A stretch of DNA of 64,000 bases from Auanema rhodensis. Lineage: Eukaryota; Animalia; Nematoda. The notes beneath the pieces are model-generated. The model worked only from the letters and a program-made list of their open reading frames with translations, had not been told where the DNA came from and ran no database searches. The position numbers and the translations under genes were made by a program. This document shows, one piece after another, positions 14,308 through 26,500 of the stretch; position 1 is the first letter of the stretch; the number at the start of each line of letters is the position of its first letter. Location of the stretch: the NCBI GenBank assembly GCA_964057225.1, contig OZ059899.1, forward strand, positions 15,872,001 to 15,936,000, in the 5' to 3' direction.

Positions 14308-14847
14308 TGCACTGAGGGTGTGCAGCTTATCCCCGTTGTTGTCTATTAGTCTATCTCTTTCTCTACTCTTCTTTCGTTTCCCCTCCCCTTCGGGCCCTCC
14401 TTACACTTCTCTCTGATCTTCTATATCTCTCAATCTATTTGACTCTGCCTGACCTTCCGAGGAACACAAACACCGTTTCTCTCTTCCACTCTCCGTCATA
14501 TCTGCCTTCATCCCAGCCCACACCTACCCACTTCACAATGAATCAGAACGATATTCTGCGCTATGAACTCATGAGCTTTCGCCTGATTTCAGGAGATTCT
14601 ACAGATTGACACGGCAGAACCGGTTGCAACTTGCCTTGTAGTCAAAGAAAAAAGTCCGAAATCGAAACATTCAAAGTGTATTAAGTATAAAATCTTATAT
14701 CTTCTATACAGCAATGAACATGTCAAAAGAAAATGACTCAAATAAAATCAAGAGAAAAAAAGAACAGTTGAACAAGAAATTTATGAATCTATGAAAAAAA
14801 TAATAAATTAAATGTGCCAATATATCACAACCCGGAAAATATTAGGA

Positions 14848-15122
14848 TTACTGAGCAATCACATTACGCATGATAGTAGCAGAAAGTTTCTCGAATCGTT
14901 TAACATCTTGAATTTGATTAGTACTGTACTGAAGACAAACAACATCATCAGTTACTTTAATTAAAAATTTTCCATCACGATGATTATATTTTGTAACCAA
15001 GCTATAATAATTATAATTAAAAAAATATTCTAACAAACTTAATACCGGCATTTTTCTGGATTAGAAGATTGTAACCTCTCAGCAGATTTGGCGAATTCAT
15101 CCCAGTTCGTGAAATAAGTCAT
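14848..15122 (-). CDS. SRP9: Signal recognition particle 9 kDa protein
   Basis: Two exons: MTYFTNWDEFAKSAERLQSSNPEKCR | LVTKYNHRDGKFLIKVTDDVVCLQYSTNQIQDVKRFEKLSATIMRNVIAQ*. The WxEF, KYxHxxG and KVTDDxVCLxY motifs are SRP9 signatures. Confidence 0.92.
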
Positions 15123-15726
15123 GTCTAAAACAAAACCAAGAAGTTGAATATTTATATAATTTATTTCGTAAAAAAGTTAATATTGAAAAGCGGTAATATA
15201 GATTGGAGGAGAACACTTAAAATCAACAAATAACTGCTGATTTTTTGTCATTTAATTATTTTAAATTACAAAATATGCTTTAAAAGTTTAATAAAGTTGT
15301 AACAAATACAATTATATAATAATAGATAAAACCTTGAATAGTGGTCAACTCATAGACTTTCTTCGTGGTGGGACCTTTTTTCTTTTAGAGCGGGAAAAAA
15401 AACTTTTCAAAAGCCTGTATATTAGCTAAATAATTATTAAGATTATTTTTAAATTTTTACTTGCTAATAGTTGCAGGTAATATTATTTTTTTAACTAAGT
15501 TTAAAATTACAGTTTTCAAAATTATTCAGCTTTCATTGAAGAATTTTTTTTGCTAATTTAAATAATTTTATTTCTTTTATTCCATTTAACATAGGAATCA
15601 AACACAGAACAACTAATGCAAAATTTGTTTAGCAAAACCATATTCTTAATCTTAAATCAAATTCTTCAAATAAAAATGGCTCCCATAATATAATTATAGA
15701 TTGAGTTTGATATGCAACTTTTCAGA
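15123..15726. promoter_or_regulatory. Divergent (probably bidirectional) promoter region of SRP9 and kinesin-4, with an E2F-like GCGGGAAA site
   Basis: About 600 bp AT-rich gap between head-to-head ATGs. GCGGGAAA at 15390-15397 and TTCAAA at 15406-15411. TTTTCAG trans-splice-type acceptor immediately before the kinesin ATG. Function is inferred. Confidence 0.45.
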
Positions 15727-18700
15727 ATGTCTGCTATGCCTGATGTTATACCAGTTCGAGTATGTGTACGATGCAGACCTTTCAACACGAGGGAGAAAAA
15801 CGAAAAAGCCACACAGTGCTTGCAGTTTTTCAAAAAAGAAAATCAGGTTTGTTATGCAATTATTTTTAGTTATTCTTGGTTATTCATCTCATTTCAGCTA
15901 TCATGTAACAGTAAAATGTTCTCATTTGATTCTGTTTTGGATCCGTCGACTGATCAACAACAAGCATATGAGGCCACTGTACACTCTTTGTTGGATAGCT
16001 TCCTTAATGGTTTTGCATCTAAAAATCAAAAATGTTTAGCTTATTATTTTTAAGGGTTTAATTGCACGATATTGGCTTATGGGCAAACAGGATCAGGAAA
16101 GACGTACACAATGGGTACAGCAGAAACTGCCGCTGGTATTGTCTCTGATTCCAGGGGAATTGTTCCTCGATTTGTAGAAGATCTCTTTAGCAAAATTAAA
16201 GACCTCAATTCCGAAATTAAAAATTATACCGTTCGTTTTCTTTTTTGTTTTAATATGTAGTTGTTAGTTCAGGTGACTGTTTCCATGTTAGAAATATACG
16301 ATGAAAAGATAAGAGATCTGCTGTCTACTGGTGAACGGGATAAGGAAGGTCTCCAAGCTCGTGAAATAAGTGGAGTCGTTACGGTAAGCAACTTTTTCTG
16401 AACATTATTAATAATTATTTGTTAGATTCCTGGTCTTTCGATAAGAGCTGTAGCTAATCTCCAAGATACAATGGCTGCTTTAGAAGAGGGATGCCAACAA
16501 AGAAGCATGGGTGAGACAGCTATGAATGCTGTTAGCAGTCGGAGCCACGCAATATTCAGAATTGATCTTGAGAAGACTTCACTAAGTGATGAGTAAGAAT
16601 CTAATGGAGCAATTCTTTTTGAGCTGTATTCGGTTTTCAGAGCTGGTCCTTCATTCAAAGCGAAGCTTCATCTTGTTGACTTAGCTGGATCAGAGAGAAT
16701 CAAAAAAACCCAGGCAGAAGGAACACGATTAAAGGAGGGAATTCGAATAAATGAAGGTTTACACAAGTTAAAAGCTCGTAAGAACTAAAGCTTTTAAGGT
16801 CTGCTAGCCCTAGGTAATGTCATCAGCGCTTTATCAGAGCCCGGTGGAAATAACAGGCACATCCCGTATCGGGATTCCAAAATAACAAGGCTATTACAAG
16901 GTATCACACAGGAAAAACGAAAGTTTATTCAAATCTTTTTGTCAGACTCCCTAGGAGGGAATTCTCATACAGTGATGATAGCTTGTATTTCCCCTGCTGA
17001 TACTAATGCCGAAGAAACTCTGTCAACGCTGAGATATGCCGATAGAGCTAAGAAAATTAAAAATAAACCTGTAGTAATTGTTGATCACGATAAGGACATA
17101 ATAAAACAATTACGTGAACAGGTTTGTTATATAGTTATGCTACAGATTAATTTTTATATTTATAGATAGGCCAGTTACAAAGGGAAATCGGCGAACTTCG
17201 TGGAGGTGTTACTACTGATGTTAATGCAACTAATACCACGTATTTTAAATTTTAATACTTTCTATTTATTTTGTTCTGTTTGCAGCGATAGCGCAGAGCT
17301 GCTGCATCTAAAAGAAGAGCTAGCTGAAAAGGAAAGGTTGTTATCCATTGAAGGCAATAAAGCTGCTGAGGCTATAATACAGAAAGTATATCCTATCATG
17401 TGTATTCATATCTTGATATTATTTATTTGTAGTCTAACGTCACACGCCGATTGATAAAACTAGAGGAAGATAGGGAGAGATTGTCGTCACTTATCAGAGA
17501 GTTAGTAAAACGAATGAATTCCAAATGATTATTTCTAATTGTAGAGTTGAAAGAGGAGAAGTTACCACGCTATTCAAACAAATTGAAGATATCCTGGAAG
17601 GACATATTGAAGTAGCCATTTTCATTTTTCTTATTTTTAACTCCTTTTCTTCAGGAGTGCCATCATGATAGTATCGACAGTGAAACGGCAACTGCGACTT
17701 GCGATGAAAACGAAGATGTAGAAAATGAGGAAGATTTATCTGAGAAGGCTATGAAGTAAGATTATCAGTGCATTACTGAGATGATAAACATAAAACATTA
17801 GATATGCCAACCAACATAATAAATTGGATAATGATCTCGAGGAGCTTATGAATCAAATTAAAAATAGAGAGGAAGCAATTAAACGTGTTGGTGAAGACAA
17901 GGATAATTACCTAAAGCTTCTAAAAGAACAGGAGGTTTTGTTGATATCGTTCTTAGTGTCAATTGTTCTTTTTCTTTTTAGAACGAGACTGCTGCTCTTC
18001 AGCAAAAAATTGATAGTTTAACCACTTTAATTGTAGAAAAGGAAACTGAATGGAAGAAGCAAACGATAGGAAATAAGTAGTGAATGTCTACAATATAACA
18101 TTTTAGTTATAAATATTTCAGATTAGCTGAAGAGAGAAGGAAAAAACTTCTCGAAATGGATAAACAACTACAACAATACAAGAAACAAATGTCTGATTTA
18201 AAGAGAGTTGAATCCCAAAAAGTCCAATGCGAGGAAAGCATGAAAAAGATGGGAAAGGAAATTCAGGAGTTAAAACAAGTTAGAGTGAAAATGATGAAAC
18301 AAATGAAAATGGAAGCTTCGAAATATTTGGAGTGTAAATCTAAGATGGAGAGACAAGTTGCTCAACTTAAAGCCAAGGTAAATAGAAAAATTTATTATGA
18401 AATGATTCTTAGCATAAAATGTTTTTAGGAAAGAAAGCGAGAAGGTGAAATTGCTCGTGAAACCAGAGCAAACGACATGAAAGTAGCGATTTTGAAACAA
18501 AAGTTGGAAGATTCTAGAAAGTATTGTCAGATTCGCAGTATGTTTGTATTTTTTTGGTTTAAGATTGGCTAAGCGCCTGGAAACGCAGCGTGGTAGGGCT
18601 GCTGCGAATGTTAACGATATTCAAATCAATGATGAAAAGTCATTTAAAGTCATCAAGGTTAGCATTAAAATCTAATTAAAATCACAAATCACAATTTCTT

Positions 18701-20242
18701 AGAGTTTATTGACTGAAGAACTTAACCTGCTTGGAAGCTCATATGAAGCTGAACTAATGTGCGCAACACTTAAAGAGCAACGTAAACAAATAAATATGAA
18801 AATTAATCGGCTACGAAAAAATGATGAACCGGCTACAAAAAAAGTGATTAGAATCTTATATTCTGATAATACTCTATCTAATTATAGAGAAAGGACAGCG
18901 AAGGGAATACCTTGTTGGATAGTGAAAATAGCACTATAAAAGAAATTGAAGCTTTGGAAACTCAACAAGACGTCTGGTAAAAAATATTATTTATTTTTAA
19001 TTCTAATAAGAGAAACATTTATTTTAGCACTTCCGAATTAAAGACTTTACAAGAAGGATGCACAAAAGTTGATCCAGACCGCATTTTTGAACTTATTAAA
19101 GAAAAAAATGTTCACACAGTTTCTTCTGCTTCAAAAATTAACAGAATAGTGCTTGAAATGGTTTGTTTTCTCCGATGTATGAAATATTTGTTTAATTCGA
19201 TGTAGCTTGTCAATGAGAAAAAAAATTCTGTCGAGCTGCAGGCAGAAATCAAATCTTATAAGCAGAAGTTAACTGAAGCAGAGCGTACAATTCGGGAGCA
19301 GAAGGTCCTACTATTTTCTAAATTTCTATCTATAACTCATATTTCAGCAAGCTCAAAAGAAAGCTTTGGCAAGCATGAGTGAGATTGAAAAATCTACGGC
19401 TTTGGATTTTAATAGAAAACTTGATGACGTTCTTGAAAAAGTATTTATATTTTAATTTCCTGAACTAAACTAAAATAATTTCAGTACTCTAACTTATTAA
19501 CAGTTTGGAATTATCGAAAGGAGAATGAACCTAAAGAAATTCAAGATGGAATTGAAAATGCAGTACAAATGATTGCAGAGATGAGAGCTCCAGTATGTTT
19601 TGAGACATGTTTTAAAAATAATTATCTACTTCAGGTTCGTAATAGGAAAAAGACCAGCGATGTAGCAGCAGTTCCAATTCCTCCCAAGCGTTCTCGGGTT
19701 TTACGTAATCGTCCAGAATTTTTCGGTGATGTCCGTTCTTCAACTATGAAGTAAAAATTAATGTTTTTGTCAATATTTTCAGGTTAGAGATACCGTGGAA
19801 GCAGTAGTAGTAGATGAGAATGATCCAAATGTTACCAGGGATGGCGGTCCTGATATTTCATATTATCCTAGTGAAGCATCAAGAAAAAGCAAAAAAAAAC
19901 CTATTGATTTTTCTCCAATAAAAGGAGTCGATCCAGCATCGGAGCATGATCGTCGACGGTCTCGCTTTGTTACTCAGGAAACTGTTAAATTAGAAATTGA
20001 ACAAGATGTGAGAAGCATTTTATTGTAATTTTGTTCAATATGTAGTTTCAGAATATTGTTGAAAGCCCAACTATGAACGCAACTTTTGTGAAGAGTAACT
20101 CACCAAATTCGGTAAATTTATATTTATAATTTCGGTATTTCTTGATAGTTAACTTCAGGAACTAGAGCAACTCCGCTCAATGCGACCTTTACGTGTAACT
20201 AAATTTAACTCCCCCAGTCTTGGAGAAAGACCTTCTGTATGA
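15727..20242 (+). CDS. klp-19: Kinesin-4 family chromokinesin (KLP-19/KIF4-like)
   Basis: [22 protein letters not shown] (P-loop), [56 protein letters not shown], then long coiled coils ([13 protein letters not shown]). Many ~45-bp introns. Last-exon frame assigned by splice phase, stop TGA 20240-20242. Confidence 0.85.
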
Positions 20243-20568
20243 ATAAAAAAAATTAAATACTAACTTGCTTGTGATCTCGCATTAAAATCTGAAGTATGTT
20301 TCTAAAAATTGTTCAATATAGTTTGTTTTAGGCATTTAATTGTCTTATCTATTCTATTATTTTATAAAGTGTATAGTGAGAAAAATATTTCTTATTTTCG
20401 ATTTCGGTTATTGTGCCTGGTCTTAATATATCTTTATCCTCAAGTCTATATACATTTATTCAAATATCTACGTTCTTTTTATGAAATATTTTTTCTGGTC
20501 TCTTTGTAAATTCATATTCACCTTGAATATTAAATTTTATCATTAATTTTAGTTATGTATGATAAAGT

Positions 20569-23500
20569 ATGTTCGATTTAGTAGATTTCCCATCCTGGAT
20601 TCCAGGGTGTGTTGTCCAACACTATCGTGATAAGGTGGACATGATCTATATATGTGACAATTATACCAAATTTATAGGGGGTTAATGGGCTTTTTCCGTG
20701 GCAATTTGATGTTGTAAATAATGATAAAGGGACTGAAAATGTGCTTGTTTGTGCTCCAACAAGTGCAGGTAAAAGTATTGTTGCAGAGCTGTTAGGTGAG
20801 GTTCAGAATTCCTTATCTTATACATCTTGCCATTCGTAGGATTACGAGTAGCACTACAAGGCAAGCGAGTTTTATTTGTATTACCATATATCAGTGTGGC
20901 AAAAGAGAAATTAAATCTAATTCAACGAATATGGAGATCTGTTGATTTACAAGTAGCTGGGTTCATAGGAGCAAGTTCTGCACCTTCTCGGTTTCTACTT
21001 CACCAACTTCTTGCCTTATTTCTATTTTACAGTGATTGGATAGCTGCTGTATGTACAATGGAAAAAGCCAACAGTCTTCTTAATCATGCCCTCAGAGATG
21101 GCATTTTATCTGAATACGGTAGGTGTTCAAATCATTTTTGTGATTAAAGTATTCTAATAGGTATGATAGTGCTTGATGAAATTCATATGCTTGATGATAC
21201 ATCGAGAGGAGGGACTTTAGAATCTTTAGCTACAAAAATTCTTTATTACAATGAAAGGTTTTGTTTTAGCGGCAAAATTTAGAATCTGTTAATTTAAATT
21301 AAACTGTTTTAGTCAACCTAATTCGCATATTAGGCTAATGGGTATGAGTGCTACCTTACAACATTTGGAAAAAATTCAGAACTGGATGAAAGCTGACGTA
21401 AGTTTTATTTACATATTTTAAATGATATGTGACCAAATATTAAATTTAGGTGAAAATGACAACTTTTCGCCCAATTGAATTAAATGAATATATGAGTTAT
21501 GATGGCTTTGTATACAATATGAAAGATAATAAGGAGATTAGAAAACTGGACATTAAATATCGATATCCTGGCGACATTGATTGTTCAGTTGGGTGAGTAT
21601 CTTGTTGTTACTTGATGTTTACTTTAATTTTTTGTGTTTTTCAAGATTTGCCGTCGAAGCTGTGAGTGAACATAAGCCTACGCTGGTATTTTGTTCATCC
21701 AAGAATGAAGTTGAAAATGTAAATTTCTAAGAAATATTTTATTTCTTGATCTTTTATTTCTCTTAAAAGACTGCCTTGGAAATTGCTCGACAACTTGATG
21801 CTGAATACAAGAAATCTCCTCGGATGGAAAAAAAAGTTAACAAACCTGGGCTACTCGAAATGAAGGTTGAACTTGAACAGTTCTGTCGTGAAATTGATCC
21901 AATTCTAATGAAAACATTGCCAAGAGCTGTAGCTTATCATCATGCTGGTTGTTATATGAAGTCTATATCCTATATATGTAAATTGTATAACAGGGTTAAC
22001 ATCTGAAGAAAGAGAGTGCATTGAAAAAGGATTTCATCGTGGCGTAGTTCTTGTTCTCGTAGCTACAAGTACATTATCTTCAGGTTTAATTTATTCTATA
22101 CTCCTAAGTAGTAAATATTTTCTTTAACAGGTGTAAATATGCCCGCTGCTAGAGTTATCGTCAAGTCACAAATCCGTGGTCCCGCAGCTTTATCATCTAC
22201 AACATATCATCAAATGGCAGGGCGCGCTGGCCGTTTAGGTCAATGTGAGAACGGTACGTCGGGTTTTTTCAACTTGTTTTCGCGGATGTTCCATCTTGTG
22301 TTGTAAGTAGCATGTGAATGATTGCTGGAGTGGACATGAACGGAAAACTTAAGCTTTCAAAATCTCAATGTACGATCGACCGGCTTATCTGTTATTTCCT
22401 GCTCTTCTTCGTGTTTGTCGGCTGTCTCTACTTGACACACTTGATTTTCCACTTGGGGACAGATAATTACGGGTACAGTAACCCTTCAACTCCAGGAGAT
22501 GATGGGAGGTCCGGGAAGTGTGTAGATCAATCGGTTTGCCTTCTCTGGTCGTATTGGTCGCAGCAGGGGGCCATGGAGGCTCTACTCAAGAATGCTTACT
22601 ATTGAATGACAAATCCATTAAAACATTAATTTATTGGAACAAATAAGTTTTTTTAAATGTAAATATATCCAAATTATTGATAGTGTTTGGGGTTGCTTGG
22701 TAAGCAGAATTGTTGATGTGATTGTGCCTGAGTATTTGGCATCTGTGAGCTTGTATTCAATTGTCTGCAGATATCCGTATCCATGTGAGCTTGGCTAATA
22801 ATCTATAACATTCATGTTCTCAGTACATGGTTGAAACGAGTTGTTTTACCTGTTTTTGGATATAAGTTTTCATGTTGTCATCGTCGTCAGATTCTTCATC
22901 ACTACCTGCACAGGCTTTATCAACTTGATCCATGTGTGCTGCAGCTTCTAAGCTTTTCTTATGCATACCTGGAATTAAAAAAAAACATTATATTTGGGTT
23001 TTAAATTGTTTCATGTTTTTTCTCAAAAAAATGAAGTGTTTTAGACTGCAAACCTATAAAGCTTATTGTGTGAAAAGCAGTAAAACCTGATGTAATTAAA
23101 TAAGTGCAATAATGGCGCAATGTAAAGGCAAATAAAGAAAGATGACGATAGAGGCAGCTAGCTCGATCCTCGATCTAATTGCCGACTAATTGGAAACATT
23201 GGAGACGTATGGGAATCGTCCCAAATGGTCAGGTCATTTGGCATTTTAGCTCCATTGAAAAAAAGGAATGAAAGAGTGAGCATTTGGAAAAGAAACATTT
23301 GTATAGCCTGATGTTGTCAAATGTCAGAATGAAAAAAGTGGGATAAACCTTCTGCTAATCAAAAGAAGCTAGTCATGTTAACCGCTATTAGTTCGCATGA
23401 ATGCAAAAGAAGCATTTGCTTAGATGGGCATTGTCGTTGTCAACATCTTATAAACGGATATTTTTGTATTTTCTCATTTTCTCTTGATTTGTATGGTGTA

Positions 23501-26500
23501 GTAGCATTACATACCCAAAAGCCATGGTGCAGCACTTTGTTGTGGATCTGTTGATTCGGCTGATTTAGTAATTGTGTCAGGCAAGGGCAAGGAGTGACGT
23601 ACCATTGCTCCATATAAACCATATTCTGAAACAATTTTGTTGTTGCATAGAGTAGAGCTTCAAAATTGTTGTTTACCTGCCATGATGGTACTCTTGCCCC
23701 ATGTTTTTTCAGTTTTTCTCCATTTGGCACGACGGTTCTGGAACCAGACCTAAAATATGCATTGAATAAGCAGATATCAATGTGAAATCAGTTTTTGAAG
23801 GTTTCTTTCATGTTGATGTATGGCGAATAATCTAATTTGTGAGAAAACAATTTACTAGCAAAGCTGGTGATGTGTAGCTTTCATTATGTTGCTTTTAGGA
23901 CTATAGCACTAATTTTAGACAAGGTTTTCAAGAGTGTTGGCCAGTTATTTTTACTTCTAATTAGCTTTTGAGCTAATTGAAAGTGCCGTTCCTCAGGACA
24001 TTACACATTTGGAAGTCGGACAAGCTTATGATCTTGTGATGGTCGTGCTTGACGACTTCTTCTGCCATCACCACCACCTTCCTTATTTTTCTTTATTTTC
24101 ATTTCTGTTGGTAGTCTGCACCATCGAAAATGTTGTGTTTTCGGGAGGAAACGATTAAATATCCTCCTATGTTCACATCATGACTTGAAAATGATGAGAG
24201 AAGACAAAGCAAATTATTTGGCTTCCCTCAATATCATCCTTTGAGTCATGACGGCGGGCCAGGGTGTAAATCCGATTTTCAGTCTAGGCTTGAAAACGGA
24301 AATTGTCAGAACCTTTCGAATTCTTCTACTAGATAGTGTTATCCTTTTCAAGTTCAATATGTTGAGATACATTGAAAAAGATACAACTATAGCAAAAAGA
24401 AGTTAGAAATGAAAAGAATGAAGAGAATGAAAGATAAATTAAAATGTATTAAGAAAACCTTTTTCATATTAAAAGTGTAAAACTTGAATCAGCGAATAGC
24501 TAGTAACATGAAGCAACGTAATATTTGCAAATTTGCATAATTAAAATTCTCTTTACCTGAATTCTATCTTCCTGCAGTTCAGTCTTATTCGCCAACATTT
24601 CGCGAGCGTACACATCAGGGTAATGAGCTTCTTGGAAAGCCTTTTCTAGCTCATCGATTTGATATTGGGTAAAAATTGTTCTGAATAGTTCAGAAGCATA
24701 ATGCTTTTCAACTCAGTTTTATCAATCCTACCTGTGACGCCGCTTCTTACGTTTACTTTTTCCGCCAGATGTGGCTGGCTGATTTGGATCGTCCATTGGA
24801 CTAGTTGAATGATTTTGATTGAGACTGTAGCCAACTGATCCGTTAGAGCCTGAACTCGGTGATTCAGATATGTTATCAAAGTTCTGGCTACTTTGAGCAG
24901 AGAGTCCATTGTTTTCAGTGGAAGAGCTACAAAGGGATCGGTCAAATGGTACACACGTACCGATATCCATTGAAAATCCCTAAAATTAGATAGAAATGTT
25001 GATGGTATGATGCTATGAATTATTGAAATAACTGAATAACTGAATGTACCTGTTGAGGAAAAAAACCTTGTGGACAGTAGCCATGTCCAAGATATGGGTT
25101 TCCCTGTAAGCCAAGAATCTCGTGTATAGCAAAGCTCATACGTTGAGATCCCAAAGGATTTCCAGACATCTGATTCATTCCGCTTAGGTGCATATCATCA
25201 ACTGCCATGTTTTCTTCAAAAAAGGACAATTTGAAAGTATAGTATATAGTTGAAGAAATGTCTCAATAACTAGAGAAATTTATAAACAAATGAAACAGTT
25301 TGAACTACATTAGCTGAACCTTTTCAAAGAACAAATAGAATAATGAAAAATAATAAAATATTTCGAATAGAGCAATTAAATTTGATCTAAAGTAGCTGGA
25401 GCTCGTCTTTTCGAAACTGACAACCATCTAATACGGCCTGCCCGTCCGATATGCTACTGTATAAAGGCGGGGCTTGGAGGAGGGGAGACCACCTAATTTC
25501 CAGCCTCTAATGGGACAAAGAAGCGTCTCCCGTATGTGAGAGGGAGGAGAGATTAAAGAAGCAGAGATAAAAGAGGAAAAGATATAGAATACGAAGACAG
25601 CTTAAATGAGAGAGAATTAGGGGAATGAAAGATATATAGAAGGGTCAGTGCATTAGAACATTTATCGCTTTTCAGTAGAGATTTTATTTAATATGAAATC
25701 AAACTTTTCGAAAAGAACGTACTTATAAACGACATCTGATTGTCGATGACAGCAAAGAGTAGCAACATGAGTTTTAGAAATTCTCAAATTGCTAATAGCG
25801 ACAAATTAAAATTGGCTTTACCATCCGAATGACACATTAAACAAAGTTCGTAGTCACTCTTGGCTTGATCGTCTCTTCTTTCGACATTTTTATGTGTGCT
25901 CTACTTCCAGCCTTATCTATCTGAAATTCGAGATGAAGAATAGCTTATTCAAACCATCTAATAAAAAGGAATATTGAATTGATTGCTGACTAAATGTTTT
26001 TGATTGTTGTTTTCAAACTTTTAGGAGAAAGCTACTTGGTGATGAAAGCCTGTGAACGAGAGACTGTTCTTCGGCTGATCCAGCCCCAAACCTCAACTAA
26101 AGTTGTGAAGAGGGATTCGTCCAAGGTTCTGATGGAAGTAATAGTCATGATAATAACATTGAATTCAAAAGTTTTAACTTATTTAGGGCGTCTGTACTGG
26201 ATTAACTCCATCACTACCAGATGTGTGCCAATTGTCACAAACTCTTCTGTATCCACCGTATAAATCAGGAGTTGTCGTTGTATCGGATTTGATTCGAAAC
26301 TCACTCATTAGTGGAGATGAAAGTAACAAAGATGGTTCTGAAAGCGATACAGGTAATATTTCTACTTAAAATATAAAAAGAATTACGCAAACATATTTCA
26401 GTTCATGACTTGTCACCAACACAGTTGGGACAAGCAGTTTTAGCTTCATCGTTGCCTCCTGATGCTGCTTTGTTTGTTTTTTCTGATTTACAACGTGCTT

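Noticed and set aside
25809-25825. AATTGGCTTT resembling the TTX-3/CEH-10 AIY motif upstream of ceh-10
   Set aside because: The second half-site (TTA) is absent, so the match is only partial.
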